DNA of 64,000 nt from Vampirovibrionaceae bacterium NZW_1234 (GCA_041697335.1 JBGUGD010000035.1:128001-192000); one strand, 5' to 3'. Shown: positions 48,271 to 59,498, numbered from the stretch's first letter. Translations and numbers: made by a program. The notes: generated by a model not told the origin, from the sequence alone.

Positions 48271-49329
48271 ATGCAGGGTTCAGGAGATAAATCACGCAAA
48301 ACGGACACCATGCAAGCTGTTGTTCAGGTGGGCACCATCGGCTTTTACCCGATTAACAGTCTTTCGATTTCAGCGTTCCACCACGGACAATGCCAGGTTC
48401 TTATCCACTCCCCATTGGCACCAAACCAAGAGCTTGTAAAACAAAAGGGAGATCTATCCGTTGATGGAACAACGGTGCCCCTCCAGGGGAACGTGTTCAG
48501 TAGCTTCTCTGATGCCTTTTACCGGGGCAGACTACCGGAACTGGTTGTCATCACCTGCAACATGATGGAAACCCCACAGTTTCTGGAGGCATTTCTGGAT
48601 TTTTGCGAAAAACTCTGCACCCTTGGCTTTCTTTCGCCAGAAACGGATGACGATTTTTCAATCCTGGATCGCTATGTTCCGCAAGTCATCATTGCCTCGT
48701 ATGGCATTGTGTTCGATGTCATTCTTGACAAGATGAATACGGCTTTAAGTCTCATTTCCGGGATTTCTCCGAGACACCGCGAACGTATACTGCAAAAGGT
48801 GTCTCGCGGCATGTGGGCTTTTCCCGAAGAGGGGTATGATCTCACATTGACACCCTTGACACTCTATCCCAAGCCCTTGGCCTTAAATGTGGCAGGCTCC
48901 TCTTCCATCTATACACTTCGGACCACTCAGCTGTTGGAAACCCATGGTATACCGTGTGAATTTAACCCCAACGGTTCCCAAGGCATCCTGGAGTGGGAGA
49001 TCAATCTTGCCTACAAGCATGTTCTGCACCGTCTTTTGCCCCTTGTCAACTTGGGTGATGCTTCGTCCTTGGATATCAACGAACATTTCGAATCTCTGGC
49101 TAAGGCATATGATATTCTTCCCGGCCAAGTAACGTGCCTGGATAATGCCGGCAGCAAGTCGAAAAAATCCTCGCCCTTTAAAGACTACACATTGACCACC
49201 CTGGATTTGGCGATTCTTCATCAGCTTCACCAACTGGCTCAAGGGGCCTCGCTCAATTCTGTCGCTGAGTTTTTAGACACTTTAATCCATAAGATACAGC
49301 CCAGTGTTATGACTTCCACCTCTGCCTAA
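48271..49329 (+). CDS. Hypothetical protein
   Basis: 352-aa ORF, no recognised motif. Confidence 0.7.
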   Translation: MQGSGDKSRKTDTMQAVVQVGTIGFYPINSLSISAFHHGQCQVLIHSPLAPNQELVKQKGDLSVDGTTVPLQGNVFSSFSDAFYRGRLPELVVITCNMMETPQFLEAFLDFCEKLCTLGFLSPETDDDFSILDRYVPQVIIASYGIVFDVILDKMNTALSLISGISPRHRERILQKVSRGMWAFPEEGYDLTLTPLTLYPKPLALNVAGSSSIYTLRTTQLLETHGIPCEFNPNGSQGILEWEINLAYKHVLHRLLPLVNLGDASSLDINEHFESLAKAYDILPGQVTCLDNAGSKSKKSSPFKDYTLTTLDLAILHQLHQLAQGASLNSVAEFLDTLIHKIQPSVMTSTSA

Positions 49330-49368
49330 ACCCTGCCTCCAGACTTAAACCAAGGATTTCCAGCACCG

Positions 49369-49665
49369 ATGCCTTCACCTCGTCCAGTCAATTATCCCAA
49401 ACCCCTTCAACGAATCCGGATGTTTCAAATTTCCGGGGTGTCTTTGATTACTCTTGCCATCCTCAATACGTTATTTCGAGCCCAAATTACCTTTGCAGCC
49501 GATTTAGCCTTGCTTACCACCGGCTTAGGGCTCTTGCTTCTTTCTGTGCTCCTTTGGCGTCGTTACCGAATTCAGCAAAAATTGAAACTGAAGGTGCACG
49601 ATAAGCGCTCCAACAACAGCACGCTTACCGCTACCAGGCAGCATCGTCACCCTCTATCTTTTTGA
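49369..49665 (+). CDS. Small two-TM membrane protein
   Basis: Two hydrophobic segments followed by a basic tail; AAGGA SD. Confidence 0.6.
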   Translation: MPSPRPVNYPKPLQRIRMFQISGVSLITLAILNTLFRAQITFAADLALLTTGLGLLLLSVLLWRRYRIQQKLKLKVHDKRSNNSTLTATRQHRHPLSF

Positions 49666-49807
49666 ACAACTTTCTGTTATAAATACAGGACTTATTTCGA
49701 ATTGAAATAACATTGGGTTGGGGAAATGTGGGATGCTTGAGACAACGCTTTGTCCATCTGTGAGAAAAGCAATTTATGCTGTCCATGATAGACCAAAAAA
49801 CATCGAT

Positions 49808-50977
49808 ATGAGGCCACAGGCCTCGGATACTCACCTTGCCCAATCACTTCGGTTTGGGGAATCCGTGTTATATACGGAACAACACACTAAACGCCCTCAA
49901 AATTTGATCTTGAACGCCTTTCAAGCTCGTTTTCCTAAAGGCACAAAGCTCCTGGGAACGTTTTCCCCCCTGTCTCCAGTTCGGATCATGGAAATGGTCC
50001 GGAATCAGGGCCGAGAAATTCGGCTACGGGATCCTGAAAGTCAGATAGAGCATACCATTACCTATCGCAAACACCCTGAGCTCTTTGAAAAAATCCTTGC
50101 CACTAACCTGGTTTTGTTGAATCGATTGATTGACAGCCCCCAGAAACTATTAAAAATAATTGAGCAATGGGAAACACAAGCCAAAATAAAGGCATCACAG
50201 GAAGCCATTGCCCCTCGTCGTACAACATTTTTTCATGCCAGCGACATTGATCGGCTAAATCCTGAGTTGATTAAAGCCTTTGTCCGCCGATTTCCTGCAG
50301 GCAGCCGCATGTTAGCCGCTTCCCAGTGGAATAGCCCCGTAATGGTATATCAGGTTGCGAAAAATAACGGGCGCTATCTTGCCCTGAATCACCCCTCCCT
50401 CCCCAAGCGGGAACGAAACCTTCTCAAAACAGATGCGGAACATTTGAAAGAACTTCTAAGACTTAACTTACCCTTGATCAACGAGGTCATAGATACGCCG
50501 GAAGAGGCCTATGCCTTAGCTTTGGAGCGTCACATCGATCGGGTTTATGCCGAGAATCAGCGCCAAAATCGCCCCGAAGTTCAATACCACACCATTGATA
50601 ATAAAGATGCGATTTACCACCCCTGGGGCTTTACTCTGGAAGGTGACTTGATTCTGGGGATGAATGCCTTCTTCCATCCGGAAGAAACCTTGCCCATCAC
50701 TCGGCATACAGGCCATCCACCTGAACTTAAAACTCAGTTTGTTGCGCTGCTGCCACCTGTGTTACGTGCCCCGTATGTTGATGATCCGGCGAACAGGGAC
50801 ATGGATCTCATGGAGGTCATGCGAGAGAGGCTGGTTACGGCAAAAACCCGAAATTTGCGCCCAGTTGTGTCTGAAGGCCTTCGGGAAAAAACACCTTTTA
50901 TTATCGTTTCTCCTGACCAGCCTGATACGGCGCTGACACCGGAAGAGGCGACTCGTCTCTTCCGATTGAAAATATAA
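49808..50977 (+). CDS. Hypothetical protein with internal duplication
   Basis: AFQARFPKGTKLL..SPVRI and AFVRRFPAGSRML..SPVMV repeats; start uncertain (ORF open from 49718). Confidence 0.7.
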   Translation: MRPQASDTHLAQSLRFGESVLYTEQHTKRPQNLILNAFQARFPKGTKLLGTFSPLSPVRIMEMVRNQGREIRLRDPESQIEHTITYRKHPELFEKILATNLVLLNRLIDSPQKLLKIIEQWETQAKIKASQEAIAPRRTTFFHASDIDRLNPELIKAFVRRFPAGSRMLAASQWNSPVMVYQVAKNNGRYLALNHPSLPKRERNLLKTDAEHLKELLRLNLPLINEVIDTPEEAYALALERHIDRVYAENQRQNRPEVQYHTIDNKDAIYHPWGFTLEGDLILGMNAFFHPEETLPITRHTGHPPELKTQFVALLPPVLRAPYVDDPANRDMDLMEVMRERLVTAKTRNLRPVVSEGLREKTPFIIVSPDQPDTALTPEEATRLFRLKI

Positions 50978-51075
50978 CACATCGAACATTTTGGCCTTGG
51001 AAGACAGTGGGTTGTTTCTACTCGTCTTCACGTTACACTGATATTATTCCCAACTTGTTGTGATGAGGAAGGATA

Positions 51076-52227
51076 ATGAGGGATCCCTCAAAACGCATTC
51101 TAATTCTTTCTTCCAGCACTGGCGGAGGCCATCAAAGCGCTGCATGGGCGCTTCAAGATAGTCTAACCCGGCTATCTTTGGGTCAGGTCCTGGTAAACAT
51201 TACCCAAGTTTTAGAAGAAGCCACCCCCATCACACGTCATTTGGCCACGTTTTATAACTATCTGCTGCGATATAACCAGCATTACATGCGTTATTACTAC
51301 TGGGCCATTGAGAAAATCCGGCCCTATGAGTCCCACATGCTTTTTCAGCTTTGCCGCAAATATGGTTCTCAGGTCATTGATCACCTCGCTCCAACCACAT
51401 TGGTTTCCGTGCATCCTATGACACAGCACTTTTTCGCCTACATGCTGAAGAAACTCCGGCTGATCGATCGAATCCCCCTGATTACAGTAGTGACCGACCC
51501 TTGCCGGGGCTTCTGGAAAGGCTGGGCGTGTCCGGAAGTGTCGCAATACTTTGTGGCCAGCGATGAAGCCAAAGCCCAACTGGAGGAGTTTGGTATTCCC
51601 AATGAGCGCATTGCCGTTTCTGGAATGCCCGTTCACAGTCGATTTCAACCCGTTTCATCCCTTGACGAGAAATATGTCCTTCGTCAACAACTTCAGCTGG
51701 ATCCCCATCGTTTCACCATCCTGGTTAACGCAGGCTGGGCAGGTGGTGGCAACATCCCGCAGCTGTACGAAACATTGATGCAGGGGTCGCCCGAAAACAT
51801 TCAACTGGTTTTCATGGCAGGCCACAACACAGCCCTCTTTGAAGAAGCGTCTAAACTGGCTCAAAATGTACCTTTTCCGGTTAATGTTCTGCCCTTTACA
51901 ACCAACATGCACGAGTGGATGAATGCAAGCGACGTGATGATTTCCAAAATGGGTGGACTGACGACCTTTGAAGCTATGGCGTGTCAACTCCCTATTCTTG
52001 CCGATTGCTTGACACCGCCCATGCCTCAAGAGCAAGGGACAGCTCGTTTTGTGGAATCCAACGGGGCAGGTATTCTCATACAAACCCCTCACCAGCTGGT
52101 TCAAGAGTTAGATACCCTCATCCATGTACCGGGCCGATACGAGCAAATGAAGCAAGCCGCCGCACGAATCGGCCGCCCGGGGGCATCCGATCATATTGCC
52201 CGTGAGATCCTCCAGTTCTCAGCTTAG
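51076..52227 (+). CDS. GT28 glycosyltransferase, MGDG synthase/UgtP-like
   Basis: GGGHQSAA, SVHP, VVTD, GMPV, SKMGGLTTFEA, PQE. Confidence 0.87.
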   Translation: MRDPSKRILILSSSTGGGHQSAAWALQDSLTRLSLGQVLVNITQVLEEATPITRHLATFYNYLLRYNQHYMRYYYWAIEKIRPYESHMLFQLCRKYGSQVIDHLAPTTLVSVHPMTQHFFAYMLKKLRLIDRIPLITVVTDPCRGFWKGWACPEVSQYFVASDEAKAQLEEFGIPNERIAVSGMPVHSRFQPVSSLDEKYVLRQQLQLDPHRFTILVNAGWAGGGNIPQLYETLMQGSPENIQLVFMAGHNTALFEEASKLAQNVPFPVNVLPFTTNMHEWMNASDVMISKMGGLTTFEAMACQLPILADCLTPPMPQEQGTARFVESNGAGILIQTPHQLVQELDTLIHVPGRYEQMKQAAARIGRPGASDHIAREILQFSA

Positions 52228-52351
52228 CAGGCACCCCCCATGAAAAAATTGCCTTTGCACCATGGGCCACGTTATGATGAGAAAATACCTGATTCCGCTG
52301 TTTTGGTATTGGGCTCCGCCCGTCATTGTTAACGCCTTGTTGAATGGATGT

Positions 52352-53101
52352 ATGGGACTTCTAGACGGTAAAAAAGCATTTATTTCCGGTGGCTCCCGCG
52401 GCATTGGAAAGGCCCTATGCGAGGTCTTTGCCCGTGAAGGCGCCGATGTGGCCTTTAATTATGTGAGTTCCGAAAAGCAAGCCCAAGACACACTCGAGGC
52501 CATTCGTCGCCATGGTCGAGATGGGTTGGCTTATAAAGTCTCTGTGACCGATAAGCACGGCATTGTGAAAATGGTGGATGACATCCAAGAGAAATTTGGC
52601 GAAATCAACGTCCTGGTCAACAATGCGGCGGTCAATAAAGCAGACAATTTTGCCACAACCACTGAAAAATCCTGGCTCGAAATCGTGGATGTCAATATCA
52701 ACGGGTTGTATTACATTACAAAACCCATTTACAAGAATATGCTCCGGGCCAAAAATGGCGGACATATCCTGAATGTTACCTCTATTGGTGCAATACGTGC
52801 GTTGCCAACGTCGGTCCACTATGCAACTACCAAGGCCGCTGTGGTTGGCTTTACTAAATGTCTGGCTCGAGAAGCTGCAAACTTTGGTATTTCAGTCAAC
52901 GGGATTGCCGCCGGTATCTTTGATACAGACTTGGGGCACTCTTTGCCCGATTTATTTAAAAATACCTATGAAAACTGGTGCATGAAGGGCCGCTTTGGCA
53001 ACCCGGAAGAGTTGGCCGAATTTGCCGCCTTTATGGTATCCGATCGCAACTCCTATATGACTGGCGAAATCATCGTAGTTGACGGCGGAACGGTTATTTA
53101 G
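52352..53101 (+). CDS. Short-chain dehydrogenase/reductase (FabG-like)
   Basis: GGSRGIG, LVNNAA, YATTK, VDGG. Confidence 0.88.
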   Translation: MGLLDGKKAFISGGSRGIGKALCEVFAREGADVAFNYVSSEKQAQDTLEAIRRHGRDGLAYKVSVTDKHGIVKMVDDIQEKFGEINVLVNNAAVNKADNFATTTEKSWLEIVDVNINGLYYITKPIYKNMLRAKNGGHILNVTSIGAIRALPTSVHYATTKAAVVGFTKCLAREAANFGISVNGIAAGIFDTDLGHSLPDLFKNTYENWCMKGRFGNPEELAEFAAFMVSDRNSYMTGEIIVVDGGTVI

Positions 53102-53116
53102 ACCCTGCTGGACACG

Positions 53117-54100
53117 TTAAGGGCAAATTCGCCCAGGCAAGACGAGGCGTCCTCCTGGGGGTAGTACCAAAGGCATTCGATGCTGAACCTCGACCATCTG
53201 TTTCTGCAAGCCCTGGAGTCGAGTCTCTAGATTGACCATCTGATCGGTTAGAGATTTGAGCTGTTTGGCCCGAGCCAGGTCCAAATCTTTTTGGGCTGCC
53301 TGGGATTTCTCCTGGGCAGCAGCCACAAGAGACACTTTCCTATCCATCTCGTCCTGGTTTTTTACCTGGGCCGTTTGTCCTTGCATGACGGCTTCAATCT
53401 GCTGCTGCTGAGCCTGAAGTGAAGCCTGCATTTGCTTTATGTCCGCACTCAAATCTGCCATTTTGGTTGATAGTGTGCGAAGGCTTTTGTGATTGCCCTC
53501 GAGTGCGTCCGCCTGGTTCTTCAGGGCCTCTGCAAACTTACTATCAGATTGCTTCTTCTCTGCTTCCCATTGAGCTTTTACCTGGTCCTGCTGCCTTTCG
53601 AGTTCCGCTAGCCACTCAGCCAGATTTTCAAAGTGTTGTTCAATCAACGCTTGGTGCTTCTTCAATCGGGTGGTCCAGGCCAAGTCCATCATGTGTTCCC
53701 GATTCTTCGCTAGAGTGTCGATGACCTCGAGACGATGCAAAAAATCCTCTCTAAGCTTTTTTTCTCGAGCCAAACTGTCGGCTTGATGCGACTCCAATGT
53801 CCTTTTCAGCTCGGTCAGATCGGCCTGATGCTTTCGCTGAAGCTGACCTGCTCGGTGATACCCATCGAAGGCAACTAGACCGGACACCCCTAGAAGCGAG
53901 GCAATCCAGACAAGCCGACCCCGCCATGGTGAGGATGTTGTGGAGGAGCCGCCGGCCTTTACAGAAGACGAAGGCAATGTGGGCAGGCCCTCTACACTGT
54001 TCCTGGGCGTCTCCCGACTGGCATTGTCCTGATGCCCGAAACGAAACGGTGCCCTTTGGAGTTTCTCGGTCACAATCGACGTCACAATAAAGTTACCCAT
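53117..54100 (-). CDS. Membrane-anchored coiled-coil hypothetical protein
   Basis: One TM segment followed by a long Q/E/K heptad region; GGAGGT SD before MGNF. Confidence 0.72.
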   Translation of the reverse strand: MGNFIVTSIVTEKLQRAPFRFGHQDNASRETPRNSVEGLPTLPSSSVKAGGSSTTSSPWRGRLVWIASLLGVSGLVAFDGYHRAGQLQRKHQADLTELKRTLESHQADSLAREKKLREDFLHRLEVIDTLAKNREHMMDLAWTTRLKKHQALIEQHFENLAEWLAELERQQDQVKAQWEAEKKQSDSKFAEALKNQADALEGNHKSLRTLSTKMADLSADIKQMQASLQAQQQQIEAVMQGQTAQVKNQDEMDRKVSLVAAAQEKSQAAQKDLDLARAKQLKSLTDQMVNLETRLQGLQKQMVEVQHRMPLVLPPGGRLVLPGRICP

Positions 54101-54220
54101 CCACAATACCTCCCCAAAACGCAACCCAGTTCCAAGGATATCACAACTCCAAGCAATCACGCCAACAGGGGGACCCTTTTACAGAGTCCCCGTCATGAAA
54201 AATCATTCAATGCTGAAGAG

Positions 54221-54448
54221 CTAGGAGGCTTTAACCTCTTTGACAAACTCACGGCTGTCGCGGTTTTTCTTCAACAAGTGCCAAGCGGTACCAAAATCCC
54301 GCAGTGAATCCCGGTATTGTGGAGAATCTTTTCCATAATTTGCAGCAAAATACGTTAAATGCAGCTCCGCTGCCATCACTTGAGCTGTTAACTCACCAAT
54401 CTTGTCGTCCAAAAGAAAGTTCTCCACGATAAACTCCTTTAACACCAT
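54221..54448 (-). CDS. Small hypothetical protein
   Basis: 75-aa ORF with AT-rich upstream region. Confidence 0.5.
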   Translation of the reverse strand: MVLKEFIVENFLLDDKIGELTAQVMAAELHLTYFAANYGKDSPQYRDSLRDFGTAWHLLKKNRDSREFVKEVKAS

Positions 54449-54561
54449 TTTACATTACATTTATATTTATATAAAAACAATTTATATTCATTTAATGCTA
54501 CTCAGAGCTCGTTTTGCCTCCTAAACGGGAAAAAATACTAAACCTATACCGGGCCTGAGCC

Positions 54562-55458
54562 TCAAGCACCAGAAGATGAAGGTAAAAAACGACACAATTG
54601 GCAAAACCAGGCCTCTTTGGGAAATGCCGATTGAATCTTCGGCCATTGCTCCTTTGTATCTGATATGAGTGCAAACAAGGTGGGTCCGCTGCCACTAATA
54701 ATTGCTGATGTAAGACCTATGGCATTCAGGCGTGCCAAAGCCTCAGCCAGAATTGGATATCTAGGCAACAACACCGCTTCAAAATCGTTAGCCAGTAACG
54801 GGGCTAAAACATCAAATGTCACTTCAGAGGAAGGCTTGACCAACAGGGCCTCCCAGGCTGAAAAATCTCGCTCCTGATAGCTGTCAGCGTCCCGCATCCA
54901 ACCATAAGCTTCCGGGGTGGAGATACCGAGGTTTAAGGGTTTGAGGAGCACCCCTTGTAACGGGGGTAATGGCGGAACAGACTGAACTTTCTCCCCACGT
55001 CCTAAGGCAATGGCAGTCCCACCCACCAAAAAAAAGGGGACATCCGAGCCCAGGTTAGCTGCTAAGGCCAACAACTCCGCCTTGGGTAAGGGATTCTCGT
55101 GCAATCGCTGGAGTGCGCGAAGCATGGCGGCCGCATCCGAACTACCGCCCCCCAATCCAGCGGCCACCGGAACGTTTTTTTCCAGCCTCACAGTCATCGG
55201 CAGAGGGGCCATACCGGTGTGTTCATAGAACAACTCATAGGCCTTAACCACAAGATTATCCGAGGTCTCCAAAGCTAGCTCTGAACAGCGAAAGCTCAGG
55301 CCTGAGGCTGACGCATCCAGGGAAATATCCAGCACATCCATCCAATCCAAAGTCTGCATGACAAAGCGAACCTCATGAAAGCCATCCTCTCGGACCCCAA
55401 GCAGATTTAAGAAGAGATTGACCTTAGCTGGGGCATTAAGACGAAGGATAGAGGGCAT
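54562..55458 (-). CDS. ispE: 4-diphosphocytidyl-2-C-methyl-D-erythritol kinase
   Basis: APAKVNLFL, DGFHE, AGLGGGSSDAA, LGSDVPFF, SGSGPT. Confidence 0.95.
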   Translation of the reverse strand: MPSILRLNAPAKVNLFLNLLGVREDGFHEVRFVMQTLDWMDVLDISLDASASGLSFRCSELALETSDNLVVKAYELFYEHTGMAPLPMTVRLEKNVPVAAGLGGGSSDAAAMLRALQRLHENPLPKAELLALAANLGSDVPFFLVGGTAIALGRGEKVQSVPPLPPLQGVLLKPLNLGISTPEAYGWMRDADSYQERDFSAWEALLVKPSSEVTFDVLAPLLANDFEAVLLPRYPILAEALARLNAIGLTSAIISGSGPTLFALISDTKEQWPKIQSAFPKEAWFCQLCRFLPSSSGA

Positions 55459-56293
55459 CACATAAAGCTCCGAACGAGGCAATTGAAAGTTCTTGAGGAC
55501 GGCTTTCCAAAGGAATTCCCGCCTGAACCATAGCTTGCTGCAGAGATTCCACTGAGCCCAACTGGGCAATTTTGAAATTATTGAGCACCGTCTTACGCCG
55601 GTGCGTAAAGGCAATTTTAATCAACCGAGCAAGAGCCTTCAGGTTAGAGGCATCAATGGCAGGAACTCTGCGTGGTATAAGCTGCACCACCATGGAGTCT
55701 ACCTTGGGTGACGGATAGAAAGCCCGGGCAGGGACCAAGGTCACCGGCGTTATGGTGAACCAGAATTGGGCTTGGAGGCTAAGCTGTCCGTAATCGGTGT
55801 CCCCAGGTTGGGCAATCAACCGATCGCCAACCTCCTTTTGAACCATCAGAATGACTTTGTCCATCACTCCACGCAGAGGATATTGGGCATCATCTAACTC
55901 GCCAATTAATTGAAATAAAATTGGTCCGGTCAGGTGATAAGGCAAGTTTCCCACCACCACACCATGAGGATGCAACAACGGCATAAGATCCACTTGGCGA
56001 ACATCCTGGTGGATTACTGAAAACCGGGGATGTTGGCCATATTGAGCTTCTAAGTACCGCACCATCTTGCTATCCACCTCAATGGCCGTCACCGGATGGC
56101 CCAATGCCAACAATTTCTCTGTCAAAAAGCCAGAGCCCGGCCCAATCTCCACCAAGGGCATAGACGAATCCCCCAGTTCGGCAGCCGCTTGAATTCGAGT
56201 GATATAAGTCTCATCCACAAGAAAATTCTGAGAGAGCCCTTTCTTCAGGCGCAAGTCTTTAGCAATGCGGATAAGGTCGGGATTAGCAGACAC
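55436..56293 (-). CDS. rsmA: 16S rRNA adenine dimethyltransferase
   Basis: SQNFL, EIGPGSG, GNLPY, MVQKEV, FYPSPKVDS, RRKT. Confidence 0.95.
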   Translation of the reverse strand: MSANPDLIRIAKDLRLKKGLSQNFLVDETYITRIQAAAELGDSSMPLVEIGPGSGFLTEKLLALGHPVTAIEVDSKMVRYLEAQYGQHPRFSVIHQDVRQVDLMPLLHPHGVVVGNLPYHLTGPILFQLIGELDDAQYPLRGVMDKVILMVQKEVGDRLIAQPGDTDYGQLSLQAQFWFTITPVTLVPARAFYPSPKVDSMVVQLIPRRVPAIDASNLKALARLIKIAFTHRRKTVLNNFKIAQLGSVESLQQAMVQAGIPLESRPQELSIASFGALCDALYPSS

Positions 56294-57281
56294 GTTCCAA
56301 CGCCAGCAAGGCCGCTCCCATAATTCCAGCCTTGTTGCCCAAGGCAGCCGGAGCCAGCTTGATTCCTTGATACATGGCCCGCTCTTGCGTCAGACGATGC
56401 AATTTATTCATATCTACAAAGGGCGCCATCCCGCCGCCAATGACCGTGATTTCCGGATCCAGCACATTCAAAAGGCTTCCCAGGCCCACGGCAATATGAG
56501 CATGCCACTGGTCCATAACCTCTGCTGCAATGTAGTCGCCATGCTGATGGGCTTCAATCAAATGATGTGTGGTTACCTCGGAGATGGTTCCGGCGGCTCT
56601 CAAAATCAAGGAGCTTTCAGCATTAGGAGCCGCCCGCAATTGCTGCCGGGTGGTCTCGGCCAAGCCGGTTCCAGACGCAAAGGTCTCCCAGCAATCCCAG
56701 CGTCCACATGTACACAACCGCTCTTTGTGCATGGATACAGCAATGTGCCCACCTTCAGCCGCCGAAAAATGAGCGCCTCGAACTAGGGCATTGTGAATCA
56801 ACATTCCTACGCCTACACCCGTGCCTAAGGTAATGGCCATAACTTCGGAATACCCTTTAGCCGCACCCATTCGGGCTTCGCCATAGGCAGCGGCATTGGC
56901 ATCATTTTCGATATAAACCGGCATTCCCAGATGGGTTTCCAAGGTCTCGCGCAAGGATCCGATATCTCTCAACGCCGGCAAATTGCCGGTAGCCCCAAAA
57001 ATTTCGCCGGTATCACTATTAATGGTACCAGCAGAGGCAATACCCAAACATAGGGGCTTTAAATCCGCCTGGGCTATTAAAGGCTTTACCAGGGACTCAA
57101 TGGCATCCACAAAGGCAGGCCCTTCATCCGGAGTGTTGACCTTGTGAAAATGCTGCATGCCATCTTTCAGGCTAACCAATGCGGCACTGATCTTCGTGCC
57201 CCCAATATCCAGACCAACCGCAACAGCGGTTTCCGGAATACGTGGCATTGGACTGGTGGTTAAGGAAGGCTGCATCATCAT
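56283..57281 (-). CDS. ROK family sugar kinase (glucokinase-like)
   Basis: DIGGTKI, ENDANAAAYGE, TLGTGVG, EGGH, CTCG..CWE. Confidence 0.9.
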   Translation of the reverse strand: MMMQPSLTTSPMPRIPETAVAVGLDIGGTKISAALVSLKDGMQHFHKVNTPDEGPAFVDAIESLVKPLIAQADLKPLCLGIASAGTINSDTGEIFGATGNLPALRDIGSLRETLETHLGMPVYIENDANAAAYGEARMGAAKGYSEVMAITLGTGVGVGMLIHNALVRGAHFSAAEGGHIAVSMHKERLCTCGRWDCWETFASGTGLAETTRQQLRAAPNAESSLILRAAGTISEVTTHHLIEAHQHGDYIAAEVMDQWHAHIAVGLGSLLNVLDPEITVIGGGMAPFVDMNKLHRLTQERAMYQGIKLAPAALGNKAGIMGAALLALERVC

Positions 57282-57471
57282 ACATTTCACTCTAGGCCAA
57301 AGACATTGGGTTGGCAAGCTCATGAGCGATAATGAGGTTTAAAACGCCCTCAAACTGAGAGTAATTGCTAAAAAAAACCAACAAGGGGGCTCTAACCATA
57401 CACAGTGTAAAACACCAGAGCAAAACTCTACCTAGCCAACATAAGCTTTTTCAGGAGCTTTATTCGGCGAT

Positions 57472-57499
57472 AAAAAAGGGACCAGCCCATGCCAGTCCC
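57472..57499 (-). terminator. Rho-independent terminator after rplA
   Basis: On - strand GGGACTGGC-ATGG-GCTGGTCCC-TTTTTT. Confidence 0.7.
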
Positions 57500-57554
57500 C
57501 AATAATAATGTGTGTGTATAAAAAGCAACCGGATTGCGACGACTCGTTGGTAAA

Positions 57555-58289
57555 TTATACCCCCAAAATGTCGCGAATCTCGGTGGAAACCTTGCTGGCA
57601 TCAACTTTGATGCTGGGCCCCATGGTGCTGCTCAGGTAAAGCGACTTGACATAAGTCCCTTTGGCTGCAGAGGGCTTCGCCCGAAGGACCGCATCCACCA
57701 AAGTAGCAAAGTTGCGCAACAATTGAGTTTCATTAAACTGAGAACGCCCAATGGGAACGTGGACAATCCCTTGTTTGTCTGCCCGAAACTCCACTTTACC
57801 AGCTTTAATCTCTTTAATTGCGTTGGTGAGATCAAAGGTAACTGTACCGGTCTTGGGGTTGGGCATCAAACCACGGGGCCCCAGGAGTTTACCCAGTTTC
57901 CCCAACATACCCATGGCATCCGGAGTGGCGACCAGGACATCGAAGTCTAACCAGTTTTCTTTTTCCATTCTTTCAACTAAATCTTCAGCACCTACAAAGT
58001 CAGCGCCAGCTGCTTTGGCTTCTTGCAGCTTTTCACCTTTAGCCACAACAGCAATACGAACCTCTTTGCCGGTGCCCTCGGGCAACACCACAGTGCTCCG
58101 CACCTGTTGATCAGCATGCTTGACATCAATCCCAAGACGCATGTGGACTTCGACGGTTTCGTTAAATTTTGCCGTATCGCTCAACGCCTTTTTCAAGGCC
58201 GCAATGGCCTCTTTTGAGGACGCTGGCTGAGCCAAGTCTTTCAACAGTTCTTGAAATTTTTGCTGACGTTTCGTTAACTTACGAGCCAT
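57555..58289 (-). CDS. rplA: 50S ribosomal protein L1
   Basis: [34 protein letters not shown]. Confidence 0.98.
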   Translation of the reverse strand: MARKLTKRQQKFQELLKDLAQPASSKEAIAALKKALSDTAKFNETVEVHMRLGIDVKHADQQVRSTVVLPEGTGKEVRIAVVAKGEKLQEAKAAGADFVGAEDLVERMEKENWLDFDVLVATPDAMGMLGKLGKLLGPRGLMPNPKTGTVTFDLTNAIKEIKAGKVEFRADKQGIVHVPIGRSQFNETQLLRNFATLVDAVLRAKPSAAKGTYVKSLYLSSTMGPSIKVDASKVSTEIRDILGV

Positions 58290-58305
58290 GAGACAAACTC
58301 CTTTC

Positions 58306-58338
58306 GTGGTACAAGCGAGCGTTTAACACTCTCCCAGC
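58306..58338 (-). promoter_or_regulatory. L1 autogenous control site preceding rplA
   Basis: GCTGGGAGAGTGTTAAACGCTCGCTTGTACCAC directly before the SD; resembles the GGGAG..GCT..ACCAC L1-binding element. Confidence 0.65.
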
Positions 58339-58361
58339 TTCTATAACAAGGAAAAAAGAAA

Positions 58362-58787
58362 TTAATCGACGACGTTGACACCCATGCTGCGGGCTGCACC
58401 ACAGACCATTGAAGTCGCCGACTCAATGGTGTGTGCATTCAGGTCAGCCAGCTTGGTTTTGGCGATTTCTTCAGCCTGAGCACGAGTAATGGAACCCACT
58501 TTGTCCATGTTGGGTTTCGAGGAGCCTTTGGGAATGCCAGCGGCTTTGCGAATCAAGAAGGACACGGGAGGGGTTTTGAGGGCAAACGTAAAGGACCGAT
58601 CTTCGTATACGAAAATCTCGACCGGAATAATCTGGTCACCTTTGTCGGATGTTGCCGCGTTGTATTGCTTACAGAACTCCATAATGTTGACCCCGTGCTG
58701 ACCAAGAGCCGGACCGACTGGCGGAGCCGGATTGGCCTTGCCCGCAGGCAACTGGAGTTTAATTTTACCGATGAGTTTCTTAGCCAC
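58362..58787 (-). CDS. rplK: 50S ribosomal protein L11
   Basis: [32 protein letters not shown]. Confidence 0.98.
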   Translation of the reverse strand: MAKKLIGKIKLQLPAGKANPAPPVGPALGQHGVNIMEFCKQYNAATSDKGDQIIPVEIFVYEDRSFTFALKTPPVSFLIRKAAGIPKGSSKPNMDKVGSITRAQAEEIAKTKLADLNAHTIESATSMVCGAARSMGVNVVD

Positions 58788-58817
58788 TGGATAAAACCTC
58801 CACCTGAATCATTTTCG

Positions 58818-59471
58818 TTAAGCTTTGACAACCTGATTGAAGGCCAGCTCAACAGGCGTTTCCCGACCAAAGATAGACACCGTGGCTTTGAGTTTTTCTT
58901 TTTCGGCGTTCACTTCGGTCACCGTTCCTTCGAAATCGGCAAACGGCCCGCTGATAATCTTGACGTTCTCTCCGACCTTCAAATCGATTTGAATCTTTGC
59001 CGGTGCCGGTGCGCTCTTCATCAGAATGCGGCGAATCTCAGATTCCTTGGCTGGAATCGGTTTTTTCTCGGCACCCACAAACTTGGTGACTCCAGGCGTG
59101 TGGCGAACCACGTACCAGGAATCATCATCCATAACCATTTCAACCAACACATACCCGGGGAACAGACGCTCTTCACGCTCAACGCGCTTGCCTTCCTTGA
59201 GCTTCGTCACGGTTTTCTGAGGGACTTCCACCCGGAAGATCTTGTCCTGCATGTTCATAGACTCAATCCGGCGTTCCAGGTTCACTTTGACCTTGTTTTC
59301 ATGACCGGAATAGGTATGAACGATATACCACCGTTTCACCTTGGGACGAGCCGCCGTAGCTGCCTGACGTGCAGCACGGCTTGGCGCTTGACCGTAGTCA
59401 ATTTCCTGCGGCGGTTCTTCTATTTGGGTTAAGGGCTCTAACCCTTGGAGGTCTTCTCTTTCAGCCATCAC
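58818..59471 (-). CDS. nusG: Transcription termination/antitermination factor NusG
   Basis: [37 protein letters not shown]. Confidence 0.98.
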   Translation of the reverse strand: MMAEREDLQGLEPLTQIEEPPQEIDYGQAPSRAARQAATAARPKVKRWYIVHTYSGHENKVKVNLERRIESMNMQDKIFRVEVPQKTVTKLKEGKRVEREERLFPGYVLVEMVMDDDSWYVVRHTPGVTKFVGAEKKPIPAKESEIRRILMKSAPAPAKIQIDLKVGENVKIISGPFADFEGTVTEVNAEKEKLKATVSIFGRETPVELAFNQVVKA

Positions 59472-59498
59472 GGTCTTACTCGTTTCCTTCTTTTTCCC

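Noticed and set aside
54449..54497. AT-rich short repeats (TTTACATTACATTTATATTTATAT)
   Set aside because: Too short and low in complexity to call an origin or operator; probably promoter DNA.
58431..59432. 333-aa + strand ORF
   Set aside because: Antisense shadow of rplK and nusG; no protein-like motifs.
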